Shown piece after piece: positions 44,484-52,815 of a stretch of 64,000 nt of DNA. Within the stretch, counting starts at the first letter, position 1. The number at the start of each line of letters is the position of its first letter. The translations under genes and the position numbers were made by a program. The stretch lies in the NCBI GenBank assembly GCA_947490345.1, contig CANLGL010000001.1:17399-81398 (forward strand), read 5' to 3'. The DNA comes from Deltaproteobacteria bacterium. GTDB taxonomy: Bacteria > Myxococcota_A > UBA796 > SXON01. The notes under the pieces are model-generated. The model was not told the origin of the DNA and ran no database searches. It saw only the letters and a list, made by a program, of their open reading frames with translations.

Positions 44484-45342
44484 ACGCGGGGCCGCTGGCG
44501 CGCGGCGCCCGCCCGCGCGCCAGCGTGGCGTGCGTGCGCTCCTCGGTGGCCTTCTGGTCTCCAGCGGCACGATGCTGTTCGTCGGACGGTGGCGCGAGGA
44601 GCCGCGATCACCCGCTGGCGCCCACGTCTCCGCCTCCGCTGAGCAACCGATTCGCCGCGCAGCACGTCGTGAGCCGCAGGCGGTCACCGCTCCCGACCCC
44701 TCGGCCCGCGCCCCCGAGGCGCCAGCCTCCGGCCCAGACGGCCTGAGGCTGGTGGCATGCCGGTTCGTCGGGGAGCCCGAGGCGACCGGGCAGTTCTATC
44801 GGGAGACTCCTGACGAGAGCCCGCCCGCCGCGGAAGGGGTAGCCATGCTTCACAACGGGACGCTTGGTTTCTACGCGAGTAGCGACGCGGGCGAAGGAAC
44901 GGTGGACTTCCGCGACCGGCTCCGGGCCCGCGTGACCTGGGCGCCGGAGCCAGGTGAGTACGCGCGGCGGTGTACGGTGGGAGAGATCGTGCGCTACGAG
45001 GCGACGCTGCTCCTCAGCGTCCCGGGCGCGCCGGGCAGGGTACGGATACTCACCTCGGAGGGAGAGCGCGTTGTCAGGGGGAGCGGTCCCCACGAGCTTC
45101 GTTTTCCGGTGACCTCGGTCCTGGTACAGGTCGCCACGTGGTCTGAGGGCCGGGTGTGCGCCTCGCCCGAGTTGCCCGTCGAGTTGCAATGGGCGGGCGT
45201 GACCAGCCTTGAGGTCGAGCTACCCGAGGAGCCGGGTTGTCGGGCACCAAACGAAGACGAAGCGCGCTGGGATGAAGACGACGCAGCCGACCTCGAGTGG
45301 GCGTATGCGTTTTTGGACCTCAACCCGCCGGCGGAGGAGTGA
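44461..45342 (+). CDS. Single-pass membrane protein with an extracytoplasmic beta-rich domain (hypothetical)
   Basis: Arg-rich N-terminus and TM segment VRALLGGLLVSSGTMLFVG. Overlaps the preceding ORF by 23 nt. Confidence 0.6.
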   Translation: MARTATAERGAAGARRPPARQRGVRALLGGLLVSSGTMLFVGRWREEPRSPAGAHVSASAEQPIRRAARREPQAVTAPDPSARAPEAPASGPDGLRLVACRFVGEPEATGQFYRETPDESPPAAEGVAMLHNGTLGFYASSDAGEGTVDFRDRLRARVTWAPEPGEYARRCTVGEIVRYEATLLLSVPGAPGRVRILTSEGERVVRGSGPHELRFPVTSVLVQVATWSEGRVCASPELPVELQWAGVTSLEVELPEEPGCRAPNEDEARWDEDDAADLEWAYAFLDLNPPAEE

Positions 45343-45433
45343 CGCGGGCCGGAGACTCGGTGCGGGGGCCACGGCCCCGCCTGGCGGATAGATGGGATGA
45401 GGCGGCCGGTGCTCCACGCGGAGCACATGGACG

Positions 45434-45492
45434 CCGCGGCAGGGGGGAACCGCGAAGCGGTGCCCCCCCTCCCACAAGGAAGCGGTGCCCCC
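45434..45492 (+). repeat. Short REP-like element, copy e2
   Basis: GCCGCGGCAGGGGGGAACCGC-gaa-GCGGTGCCCCCCCTCCCACAAGGAAGCGGTGCCCCC, nearly identical to 42367-42423. Confidence 0.7.
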
Positions 45493-45494
45493 TC

Positions 45495-46403
45495 TCAGAG
45501 AATCGTCTTGCCTAGTGCGCTCATCAACAGCCACACGGCAAGGCGGCCCGTGCGGTTTTCGCTGTCGATGACTGGGTTGAGCTCGACCATCTCGAGCCCG
45601 AGCACCTTCCCAGTGGCGGCCACTTTCTCGCAGATCAGGTGGGACTCGCGCAGGCTGAGCCCGCCTGGCACCGCCGTACCCACGCCCGGTGCGTGTTGGG
45701 GGTCGACGCCGTCGAGGTCGAAAGACAGGTGGATGCCGACCGTGCCGTCGGTGCAGCGGTCGATGGCCTCGCGCACGCAGAGGGCGGTGCCGCGCTCGTC
45801 CAGCTCGCTCATGGTGTAGACACGCAGCCCGACCTCGCGGACAAAAGCGCGCTCGCCGGCGTCGACGTCTCGGGCGCCGACCACACAGACGTTGCGGCCG
45901 TCGAGCGCCGGCCGGTCTCCGGCGAGCGCGACCAGCTCAGGAGGCCCGTGACCCAAGAGCACGGCAAGCGGCATGCCGTGGATGTTGCCGGTCGGGGACG
46001 AGTCGGGGGTGTTCACGTCGGTGTGCGCGTCGACCCACAACACGCCGATTCGCTTGCCGCGCTTCCGCCAGTAGCGCGCCATCCCGCTGATGGTGCCGAT
46101 CGCCACCGAGTGGTCGCCCCCCAGCACCACCGGCAGGTGCCCGGCTTCGAGTGCGGCTTCCACCCGATCGGCCAGCTGGGTACACACGCGGGTGATCTCG
46201 GTGAGATAGCGCGCGTGCTCGTCGCCAGACTCGATCATCTCCTGGGTGCGCACGCCGAGCGCGAATGTCTCGGCAACCTCGATTCCAAGCGACTGTACCC
46301 CCGGCTTGAGCCCGGCCAGGTGGATGGCGGAGGGACCCATGTCGACCCCGCGTCGGCCGGCGCCGAGGTCCATGTGCACGTTGCCGATGACGATCGAGCG
46401 CAT
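45495..46403 (-). CDS. rocF: Arginase
   Basis: Collinear with the RocF-type arginase sequence as I remember it: MDLGAGRRGVDMGPSAI, VVLGGDHSVAIGT, WVDAHTDVNTP, GNIHGMPLAV, SFDLDGVDP and GLSLRESH. Confidence 0.9.
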   Translation of the reverse strand: MRSIVIGNVHMDLGAGRRGVDMGPSAIHLAGLKPGVQSLGIEVAETFALGVRTQEMIESGDEHARYLTEITRVCTQLADRVEAALEAGHLPVVLGGDHSVAIGTISGMARYWRKRGKRIGVLWVDAHTDVNTPDSSPTGNIHGMPLAVLLGHGPPELVALAGDRPALDGRNVCVVGARDVDAGERAFVREVGLRVYTMSELDERGTALCVREAIDRCTDGTVGIHLSFDLDGVDPQHAPGVGTAVPGGLSLRESHLICEKVAATGKVLGLEMVELNPVIDSENRTGRLAVWLLMSALGKTIL

Positions 46404-46415
46404 AGCCGAGCCTAA

Positions 46416-47987
46416 CTACTCGACGTGGACGTCGGCGGCGCCTAGCTCGCCCATGGTGGAGTCCTCGTCCCACTCGATGCCGGGCACCAGGTGGGCGGCG
46501 TCGAAGGCGCGCGTCTCCACGATTCCGGCCCGGGGCGCAGTCACGACCCGCATCAGCTCGATGCCGCCCGCGATTCCCGTGCCCGCCCGGCCCTGCGGGG
46601 CCGTCGGCAAGCGGAGGCTGGCCCCGACGGTGCTGCGATTCACGTTGAGTGCGCCGGTACGCAGGCCCTCTCTCAGCTCGGCCACAGCAGCCCCATCGGG
46701 CTTTGCAAACACACTCGTAACCGGACGATACATTGCCCGGTTGTGCAAGTCGATCGCCTCGTCCGGACCGTTGACTCGGTAAACGAGCAACAGAGGGCCC
46801 GGTGGCTCCTCGTTGAGGAACGGCAGCCCGCCCCGCCAGCGCACATCGTAGATGCCCGGCGCGCAATAGTGCCCGCGCCGACCGGAGAGCTCCATCGCGT
46901 CCCCGTCGCAGAGGGCAACGTGGCCCTTGGCCGTAAGCGTCCGACAGTACTTACGAAATCGCGTACGCAGGCTGTCGCTGATGACCGGACCCATGAAGAC
47001 GTCGTCGTCAAAGCCGTAGCCGACCCGCAGGCGCTGAGCGCGGCGGACCAGGTCGGGCACGATCTCGTCCCACGCGGCGGTGTGCACGAAAACGCGCGCC
47101 GTGGACGTCGCCCGTTGGCCGGCGGTCAGGAACGCGCCCACGAGCAACTCGTAGACGGTGCGCTCCCGGGGCGCGTCCTCGTGCACATAGGCGAGGCCCT
47201 TGCCGCCAGTCTGGAACAGCGTCGGTAGTTCGGGGCGTTCGGCGAGGGCGCGGCGCAGCTCGCGAGCGGTTTCGTAGCTGCCGGTGAACAACAGCGCGTC
47301 GATGCCTGGGTGGTTGACGAGGCGCTGTCCGACCGCCGCTCCGGGGCCCTGGACGAGGTTGAACACCCCGCGCGGGAGCTTCACCCGGTCCCACAACTCC
47401 GCCACCGTCTGCCCCACGACCGGGCTGTACTTCGATGGCTTGTACACCACGCCGTTGCCGCCGAGGATTGCCGCCGACGTGGTGAGCACTGCGTTGGTGA
47501 GCGTGAGCACCGAGGGGTTCACGATGGCCACGACACCGCGGGCGACGTAGTCGGTCCGCCCGGCGATGTCCTCCATCACGCGCGGCGCGACCAGGCCCAC
47601 GCCGTCGTCGAGGAGCAGATCCAAGGCGCGAACGCTGGCGGCCACCTCCTGCCGAGCTTCCCACAACGGCTTCCCCGCCTCCCGTACGACGAGCATCGCC
47701 ACCGGCTCTGCCAGCTCCTGGAGCTGATCTCGGAAGCGCTGCACCGCCGCGGCGCGCTCCATCAGGCCGGTACGCCGCCAGCTCCGAGCGCCCCGACCCG
47801 CGGCCTCCACGGCGTCGTCGACCGAGCGGAGCGAAAATGCAAAACGGCCGAGTACGTCGCGCCGGTCGCCGGGGTTGGTCGCGTTGACGTAGCCATCCAC
47901 GATCTCAGGCTTCAGGAATGATCCCCAGACGTAGTCCCCCCGGCGGAGCACACGATCGGGGAGGCCGTTGGCGGGCGTGGGCGGCAC
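46416..47987 (-). CDS. AstD-like aldehyde dehydrogenase superfamily protein lacking the catalytic Cys and Glu (probable pseudo-enzyme)
   Basis: EAGKPLWEARQEV, GVFNLVQGPG and LLFTGS align with AstD. The E-x-G-G motif reads LFQTGGKG. The GQxC motif reads TAGQRATSTAR. Confidence 0.8.
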   Translation of the reverse strand: MPPTPANGLPDRVLRRGDYVWGSFLKPEIVDGYVNATNPGDRRDVLGRFAFSLRSVDDAVEAAGRGARSWRRTGLMERAAAVQRFRDQLQELAEPVAMLVVREAGKPLWEARQEVAASVRALDLLLDDGVGLVAPRVMEDIAGRTDYVARGVVAIVNPSVLTLTNAVLTTSAAILGGNGVVYKPSKYSPVVGQTVAELWDRVKLPRGVFNLVQGPGAAVGQRLVNHPGIDALLFTGSYETARELRRALAERPELPTLFQTGGKGLAYVHEDAPRERTVYELLVGAFLTAGQRATSTARVFVHTAAWDEIVPDLVRRAQRLRVGYGFDDDVFMGPVISDSLRTRFRKYCRTLTAKGHVALCDGDAMELSGRRGHYCAPGIYDVRWRGGLPFLNEEPPGPLLLVYRVNGPDEAIDLHNRAMYRPVTSVFAKPDGAAVAELREGLRTGALNVNRSTVGASLRLPTAPQGRAGTGIAGGIELMRVVTAPRAGIVETRAFDAAHLVPGIEWDEDSTMGELGAADVHVE

Positions 47988-48008
47988 GGCCGCTACTATA
48001 GCGCGCGC

Positions 48009-48752
48009 TCAGCCGGGAACGCCCAGCCGGGCGCACGCTGCGTCGTGGAGCGGGGTGGCCAGCGCGTGACTCCGGGCCGTTGCCTGCAGCCATCCATCGC
48101 GCCACCGCCACTCCTTGACCCCCGCCCGCCACGAGCCGACCGCGAGGCTGTAGGCGCATAGGCGCGCCACCGTGGCGTCGACGGCCAGTGCCGAGCCGAG
48201 GCCGGCGGCACAGACGGGTACCAGCTCTGCGACCAAGGCGCCCACGTCGTCGCGGCGGGCGACGCTCGCCAAGACCGTTTCCCGGTGGAGGTCACCGAGC
48301 ACGCCGAACACCGAGAGCCACAAGAGCTTCGCGGCCACCTCGTCGGGGAAGACCTCGGGTCCCGAAAGTACCCGCGCCGGCAGTCCTGCGCGGCACAGGA
48401 GATACGCCAGACCGGGAGCGTGGCGCCCGACCAGGACCGACTCCGCGCCCGCCTGCGGGGTGGCGTCGATGCTGGGCACCGCCAGCCAGAGCTGGCCTTG
48501 CGTGCAGTCGCCCAGCCCACGCTCCCTGAGCCAGGGAAAAAGCGCGCCGTTCTGAAGGAAGACGAGGTCGTCGGGGCGGGGGCAGACATCGATGACCGCG
48601 GCGACGTCGTCGGCGCGGGTGCACACCACGATGGGCCCGGCGCCGTCCTCGATCGGCTCGCCGCGACCCAGTAGCCGGGCGTCGACGTCCTGATCGGCCG
48701 CCAGGCGCGCCAGGGCGCGACCAATCCGACCGGGTCCGACGATGGTCAGCAT
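48009..48752 (-). CDS. NAD(P)-binding Rossmann protein, ketopantoate-reductase (ApbA/PanE)-like
   Basis: N-terminal MLTIVGPGRIGRALA (GxGxxG). The size and C-terminal helical domain fit the family. Confidence 0.5.
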   Translation of the reverse strand: MLTIVGPGRIGRALARLAADQDVDARLLGRGEPIEDGAGPIVVCTRADDVAAVIDVCPRPDDLVFLQNGALFPWLRERGLGDCTQGQLWLAVPSIDATPQAGAESVLVGRHAPGLAYLLCRAGLPARVLSGPEVFPDEVAAKLLWLSVFGVLGDLHRETVLASVARRDDVGALVAELVPVCAAGLGSALAVDATVARLCAYSLAVGSWRAGVKEWRWRDGWLQATARSHALATPLHDAACARLGVPG

Positions 48753-48775
48753 CCGTCCGCCCTATCCCCGTCGGT

Positions 48776-49264
48776 TCACCCCAGCTTGCCGCCCAACGCC
48801 TGCCAAGCGGCCACGCCGCCCTCGAGGCTCGTGGCGTTGAACAGGCCCTTGGAACGCAAGAGCCTCGCCGCGGTCACACTCCGCATGCCGTGTGCGCAAT
48901 AGCAAACGATTTCATTGCATTTTTCCACCTCGCGCCACCGGGCCTCCAGCTGGCCGAGAGGGATCACGCGCGCGCCGGCGATGATGCCGTGGGTGGTCTC
49001 GTGGGGTTCACGAACGTCGAGCAGCACCACAGGCTCGCCGGCCTCGACCCGCTCCTTGATCTCCTGGGCGCCCGCTTCGAGGTTGGCAAGGGCATCCGCG
49101 TCCGCAACGGGCCCTTCCTCACCGGCGGTGACCGCTACCGGACCGCGACCGGCAGGGGCGGGGGGGCGAGGAGGTGTCGGGGTTGAGGCGGGCGAGACGG
49201 CGGCCGGTGGGGCGCCGCCGATCCTGGACACCACGCTCTTGGCGAACGATCGCAGCAGTCCCAT
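48776..49264 (-). CDS. Rhodanese-domain protein with a Pro-rich N-terminal extension
   Basis: ATG at 49264. Active-site loop IVCYCAHGMRS, with LLDVREPHE upstream. Confidence 0.8.
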   Translation of the reverse strand: MGLLRSFAKSVVSRIGGAPPAAVSPASTPTPPRPPAPAGRGPVAVTAGEEGPVADADALANLEAGAQEIKERVEAGEPVVLLDVREPHETTHGIIAGARVIPLGQLEARWREVEKCNEIVCYCAHGMRSVTAARLLRSKGLFNATSLEGGVAAWQALGGKLG

Positions 49265-49314
49265 CGGGCCTCCTCCTCGCCGCGGCATGCGGCAAGGAGG
49301 GCTATCATGCAACA

Positions 49315-49454
49315 GGGGAAGGGGCCTGCGGCACCTTCCCCTACCGCCGTCTACCCTCCGGCCTCCAAGCTGCGCTTTCCGGCCCACGGCAGCGGGCGGG
49401 TTGAATAACCCGCCCGCCGGGCGACTCTCCCCATCCCGCCCAGCCGCAGAGCGG
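49315..49454 (-). repeat. Composite REP-like structured intergenic element, copy b
   Basis: GGGGAAGG...CCTTCCCC hairpin, core CTACCGCCGTCTACCCTCCGGCCTCCAAGCTGCGCTTTCCGGCC, hairpin GCGGGCGGGTT-gaat-AACCCGCCCGC and tail CTCCCCATCCCGCCCAGCCGCAGAGCGG. Confidence 0.75.
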
Positions 49455-49551
49455 CCTACAGGGCCTGCCGTGTGCCGCTCGCCAGTTTCATGGGGCTGGC
49501 GTCGCGAGACGGCGCGCCCCCGCGGGCGGAACTGCGATAGGCGCTTCCGCC

Positions 49552-50082
49552 GTGAAGCTCTCTCAGCTCCTCACCCTGGCCAGCGCCCTGTCCGCGCTCC
49601 GGCTCGTGCTCGCAGGAGTCCTGCCGCTGTTTCCGCCTGAGTTTTGGGTAGCGGTGTACGCCGTCGCGATCCTGACTGACGTCCTGGACGGGCCGGTCGC
49701 CCGGCGGACCGGGGTCGCCTGTCCGGCGGGAGCTACCCTGGACGCCTGGGCCGACAAGGCGCTGCACGTCAACACCGCGTGGGCGCTGGTGCTCGGCGAC
49801 GTGGTCCCGTCGTGGTGGCTGCTCCTTTGGTTCATCCGGGAGATCATCCAACTGCCGATGGTCTTCATCTTCGCCCACCGGTGGCGGACCGGCGTCGGCA
49901 TGCCGGCAACCCGACCGCTCGGTCAGGCCACATCGATCTCGCTGGCGGCGACGATCGCGCTCGCCCTCGTCGGGATTCCGTCATTGTGGGCCACTGTGCT
50001 CGTCGGTGCGCTCGGCCTTGCTGCGGGAATGGATTACGCGCGGCTACACTTCTCCACACTCCGCCTGGTCGAGGTCCCATGA
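49552..50082 (+). CDS. CDP-alcohol phosphatidyltransferase family protein (small, 176 aa)
   Basis: GTG start. Family motif D-x2-DG-x2-AR...G-x3-D-x3-D in TDVLDGPVARRTGVACPAGATLDAWADK. Hydrophobic helices. Confidence 0.8.
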   Translation: MKLSQLLTLASALSALRLVLAGVLPLFPPEFWVAVYAVAILTDVLDGPVARRTGVACPAGATLDAWADKALHVNTAWALVLGDVVPSWWLLLWFIREIIQLPMVFIFAHRWRTGVGMPATRPLGQATSISLAATIALALVGIPSLWATVLVGALGLAAGMDYARLHFSTLRLVEVP

Positions 50083-52013
50083 AACTCCTTCCCCTTGTGC
50101 TGCTGCTCGGTTGCACCGGCGCCGCCGTCGTGGACGACACCACCGACCACTTCCCGGACGACGAGGACGCCGACGGGTACACTGCCGAAGAGGGGGATTG
50201 CGACGACAACGATCGTGCGGTGAACCCCGGCGCCGCGGAGGTCTGGTACGACGGCTTCGATCAGAACTGTGACGGCGCCGACGACGATGACCAGGATGGC
50301 GATGGCAGCAAGCTAAGTCGCGACTGTGATGACACGGAGCCGGAAGTGCGTCCTGGCGCCGACGAACTGTGTGACGGCATCGACAACGATTGCGATGACC
50401 AGATCGATGACAACCCGGTTGACGGCGTGCCGGCCTATGGCGATAGCGACCTCGATGGCTGGGCGGCAGACAATGCCAACGAGATCCAGGTCTGCGACGC
50501 GGCGGCGCCGGGCCTGGCGACCCAGACCGGCGACTGCGATGATCGTGACGCCGACGTCGCTCCGGACGCTCTCGAGCTGTGCAACGGTGAAGACGACGAC
50601 TGCGACGACGCCATCGACGAGGACGCCGTGGATCCCGACCAGTGGTGGATCGACGCCGATGGCGATGGGTTTGGTGTCGGGACCGAGTGGGTAGTCGGCT
50701 GTACCCAGCCGTTGGGCTACGCATCCTCGTCCGAGGATTGTGACGACGCCCGCGCGGATGCCAACCCCGACGCAATCGAGCTGTGCGACCTCGTCGACAA
50801 CAACTGCGATGGCACCGTGGACAACGACGCTTTCGATGCCACCACCGTCTACACCGACGCCGACCTGGACGGCTTCGGCGTCGATGGCACCGAGGCGACG
50901 GCGTGCGCGTTCAGCGGCGCAGCGGTGGGCGGGGACTGTGACGACGCCAACGCCTCGACGTACCCCGCCGCGGCCGAGCTCTGTGACGAGCTCGACAATG
51001 ACTGCGACACCGAGGTCGACGAGGATGCCTTTCCGGTCGATTATTACGTCGATGGCGATGGGGACGGCTTCGGCGCGGGCTCCTTGGTGGGGACCGATTG
51101 CATCATCCCCGCCGGTCACGCCACCAACGATGCCGACTGCGACGACGGGGACGCCGCCGTCTCGCCCGTGGCGATCGAGATGTGCGACGGCATCGACAAT
51201 GACTGTGTCGGTGACCCCGACGACGGCGCCGTGGACGCATCCACCTGGTACCTCGACGAAGATGCGGACGGCTTCGGACTCGACGATGACAGCGTCAGCG
51301 GCTGTGCCGCGGCGGGCGACCACAGCGCGATCGTGGGGGGTGACTGTGACGACTCGGACGACGCGGCTTACCCGGGAGCGGCGGAGCTCGACGATCTCCT
51401 CGACCAGGACTGCGATGACCTGGCGGACGAGGACTTCGTGGTTGCCGGCGACCTGGTCATCAGCGAGATCGCTCGGCAGACCTGGATGGGCGGTGCCTCG
51501 ACCGACACCGGCGGGCAGTGGTTTGAGGTCTACAATGCCTCGGCTCGCGACGTGGTACTCTCGAACTGGGTGATCGCGCGAACCAGCGCGGTCGGCACCG
51601 ACAGCTTCCTCGTCGAGGACACGGCGCCGACGCTGGCCGCAGGCGAACTTTTCGTCTTCTGCGCCAGCGACGTCTTCACCATCGACAACGACGCCAACAG
51701 CCTGTTGGCTTGCGACTACGTCTGGACGGATTCCGGGTACCCCGACACCTACGAGGGCACCTACCGGGACAACACCTTCCACCTCCAGCGCGACGCCGAT
51801 GGGCTCTCCCTCGCCCTCGACGGGCGCACGGTCGACGATGTGACCTGGGACGCGACCTGGCCCGCGGGCGCCACCCAGTCCATGACCCTGGACGGGGCGG
51901 CCCTGGACGCCACCAGCAACGACGACTCCCTCAACTGGGACATGGAGTTCGACTACGACTGGTGGAACGACGGCGCGAGCAGCCCTGAATACGGGACGCC
52001 CGGCACGTTCTGA
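50079..52013 (+). CDS. Lipoprotein with MopE-like Cys/Asp repeats and a C-terminal lamin-tail (LTD) domain
   Basis: ATG at 50079 overlaps the preceding stop (ATGA). Lipobox in MKLLPLVLLLGC. Repeats CDGIDNDCDDQIDD, CNGEDDDCDDAIDE, CDLVDNNCDGTVDN and CDELDNDCDTEVDE. The C-terminal LVISEIARQ...QWFEVYNASARDVVLSNWVIA is LTD-like. Confidence 0.8.
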   Translation: MKLLPLVLLLGCTGAAVVDDTTDHFPDDEDADGYTAEEGDCDDNDRAVNPGAAEVWYDGFDQNCDGADDDDQDGDGSKLSRDCDDTEPEVRPGADELCDGIDNDCDDQIDDNPVDGVPAYGDSDLDGWAADNANEIQVCDAAAPGLATQTGDCDDRDADVAPDALELCNGEDDDCDDAIDEDAVDPDQWWIDADGDGFGVGTEWVVGCTQPLGYASSSEDCDDARADANPDAIELCDLVDNNCDGTVDNDAFDATTVYTDADLDGFGVDGTEATACAFSGAAVGGDCDDANASTYPAAAELCDELDNDCDTEVDEDAFPVDYYVDGDGDGFGAGSLVGTDCIIPAGHATNDADCDDGDAAVSPVAIEMCDGIDNDCVGDPDDGAVDASTWYLDEDADGFGLDDDSVSGCAAAGDHSAIVGGDCDDSDDAAYPGAAELDDLLDQDCDDLADEDFVVAGDLVISEIARQTWMGGASTDTGGQWFEVYNASARDVVLSNWVIARTSAVGTDSFLVEDTAPTLAAGELFVFCASDVFTIDNDANSLLACDYVWTDSGYPDTYEGTYRDNTFHLQRDADGLSLALDGRTVDDVTWDATWPAGATQSMTLDGAALDATSNDDSLNWDMEFDYDWWNDGASSPEYGTPGTF

Positions 52014-52070
52014 TCAGTTCCCCATGCCGCCCGCAGGTCGGCTCCCGGAGCCATGAAACGCCGAGGCGGC

Positions 52071-52208
52071 GTGGGGGACTGCGGTGAGGGGGAGAGCGCC
52101 ACGCGCGGCGCGTTATCCAACGCGTCGGGCGCCGGAGGCCGGAAAGCGAAGCTTGAAGGCCGGAGGGTATGGCGCGGTAGGGGGAGAGGCCGGCGAGGCC
52201 TTTCCCCC
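52071..52208 (+). repeat. Composite REP-like structured intergenic element, copy d (opposite orientation to a-c)
   Basis: GGCCGGAAAGCGAAGCTTGAAGGCCGGAGGGTATGGCGCGGTAGGGGGAGAGGCC-ggcga-GGCCTTTCCCCC, preceded by the hairpin CGCGTT-atcc-AACGCG. Confidence 0.75.
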
Positions 52209-52222
52209 GAAAAATGATCGAG

Positions 52223-52711
52223 CTACTCGAAGTAGTAGCGGACCCCGACATCGGCGCGCGGCTGCAGGTAGCAGAAGAGCTGTACCGAGGTCGCGCAGTA
52301 GTCCAGTGGATAGCCGCCGAGGCCCACGTCGACGAAGGCGTCCAGCGGCGCGTCGTGAAATTTCAGATCGACGCCGAGACCGGCGCCAAAACCAACCTTC
52401 CCACTCGCGAAGCCGGGAAAAAGCCACACGCCGGCGTCCACGCCCGCCAACCAGTACATGTCGAAGCGGCCGAAGTCGGTGTCCCGAACCGTGAACAGGT
52501 CCATCTCGAAGTTGGCGCGGAACTGCTGGAGCAGACCCCCGTTGCCGAGGTAGGCCGACACGCCTAGATTGGGCTTGAACCAGAACTTACCCGCCGCCCC
52601 GATGAAACCGTTCCCGGAGGAGGCGCCGAGACCCAACTTCCGGACGGTTCCGACCTCGGTCGTAGCGTGGGCGCTGTCGACGAAAAGGGTGAGCGCGAGC
52701 GTGATCAGCAT
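52223..52711 (-). CDS. Small outer-membrane beta-barrel protein
   Basis: Signal MLITLALTLFVDSAHA. Alternating Gly/aromatic beta-strand pattern. The C-terminus is ...DVGVRYYFE. Confidence 0.7.
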   Translation of the reverse strand: MLITLALTLFVDSAHATTEVGTVRKLGLGASSGNGFIGAAGKFWFKPNLGVSAYLGNGGLLQQFRANFEMDLFTVRDTDFGRFDMYWLAGVDAGVWLFPGFASGKVGFGAGLGVDLKFHDAPLDAFVDVGLGGYPLDYCATSVQLFCYLQPRADVGVRYYFE

Positions 52712-52815
52712 GAGGACTCCGGCGCGCCCCTGATAGCCGGTTGGGCGGGCGGCGACACTTGCGTGGGTGTCAACGCCGGTTAGATGGCCGGGCCTTTCCC
52801 AATCACGAGGATCCA

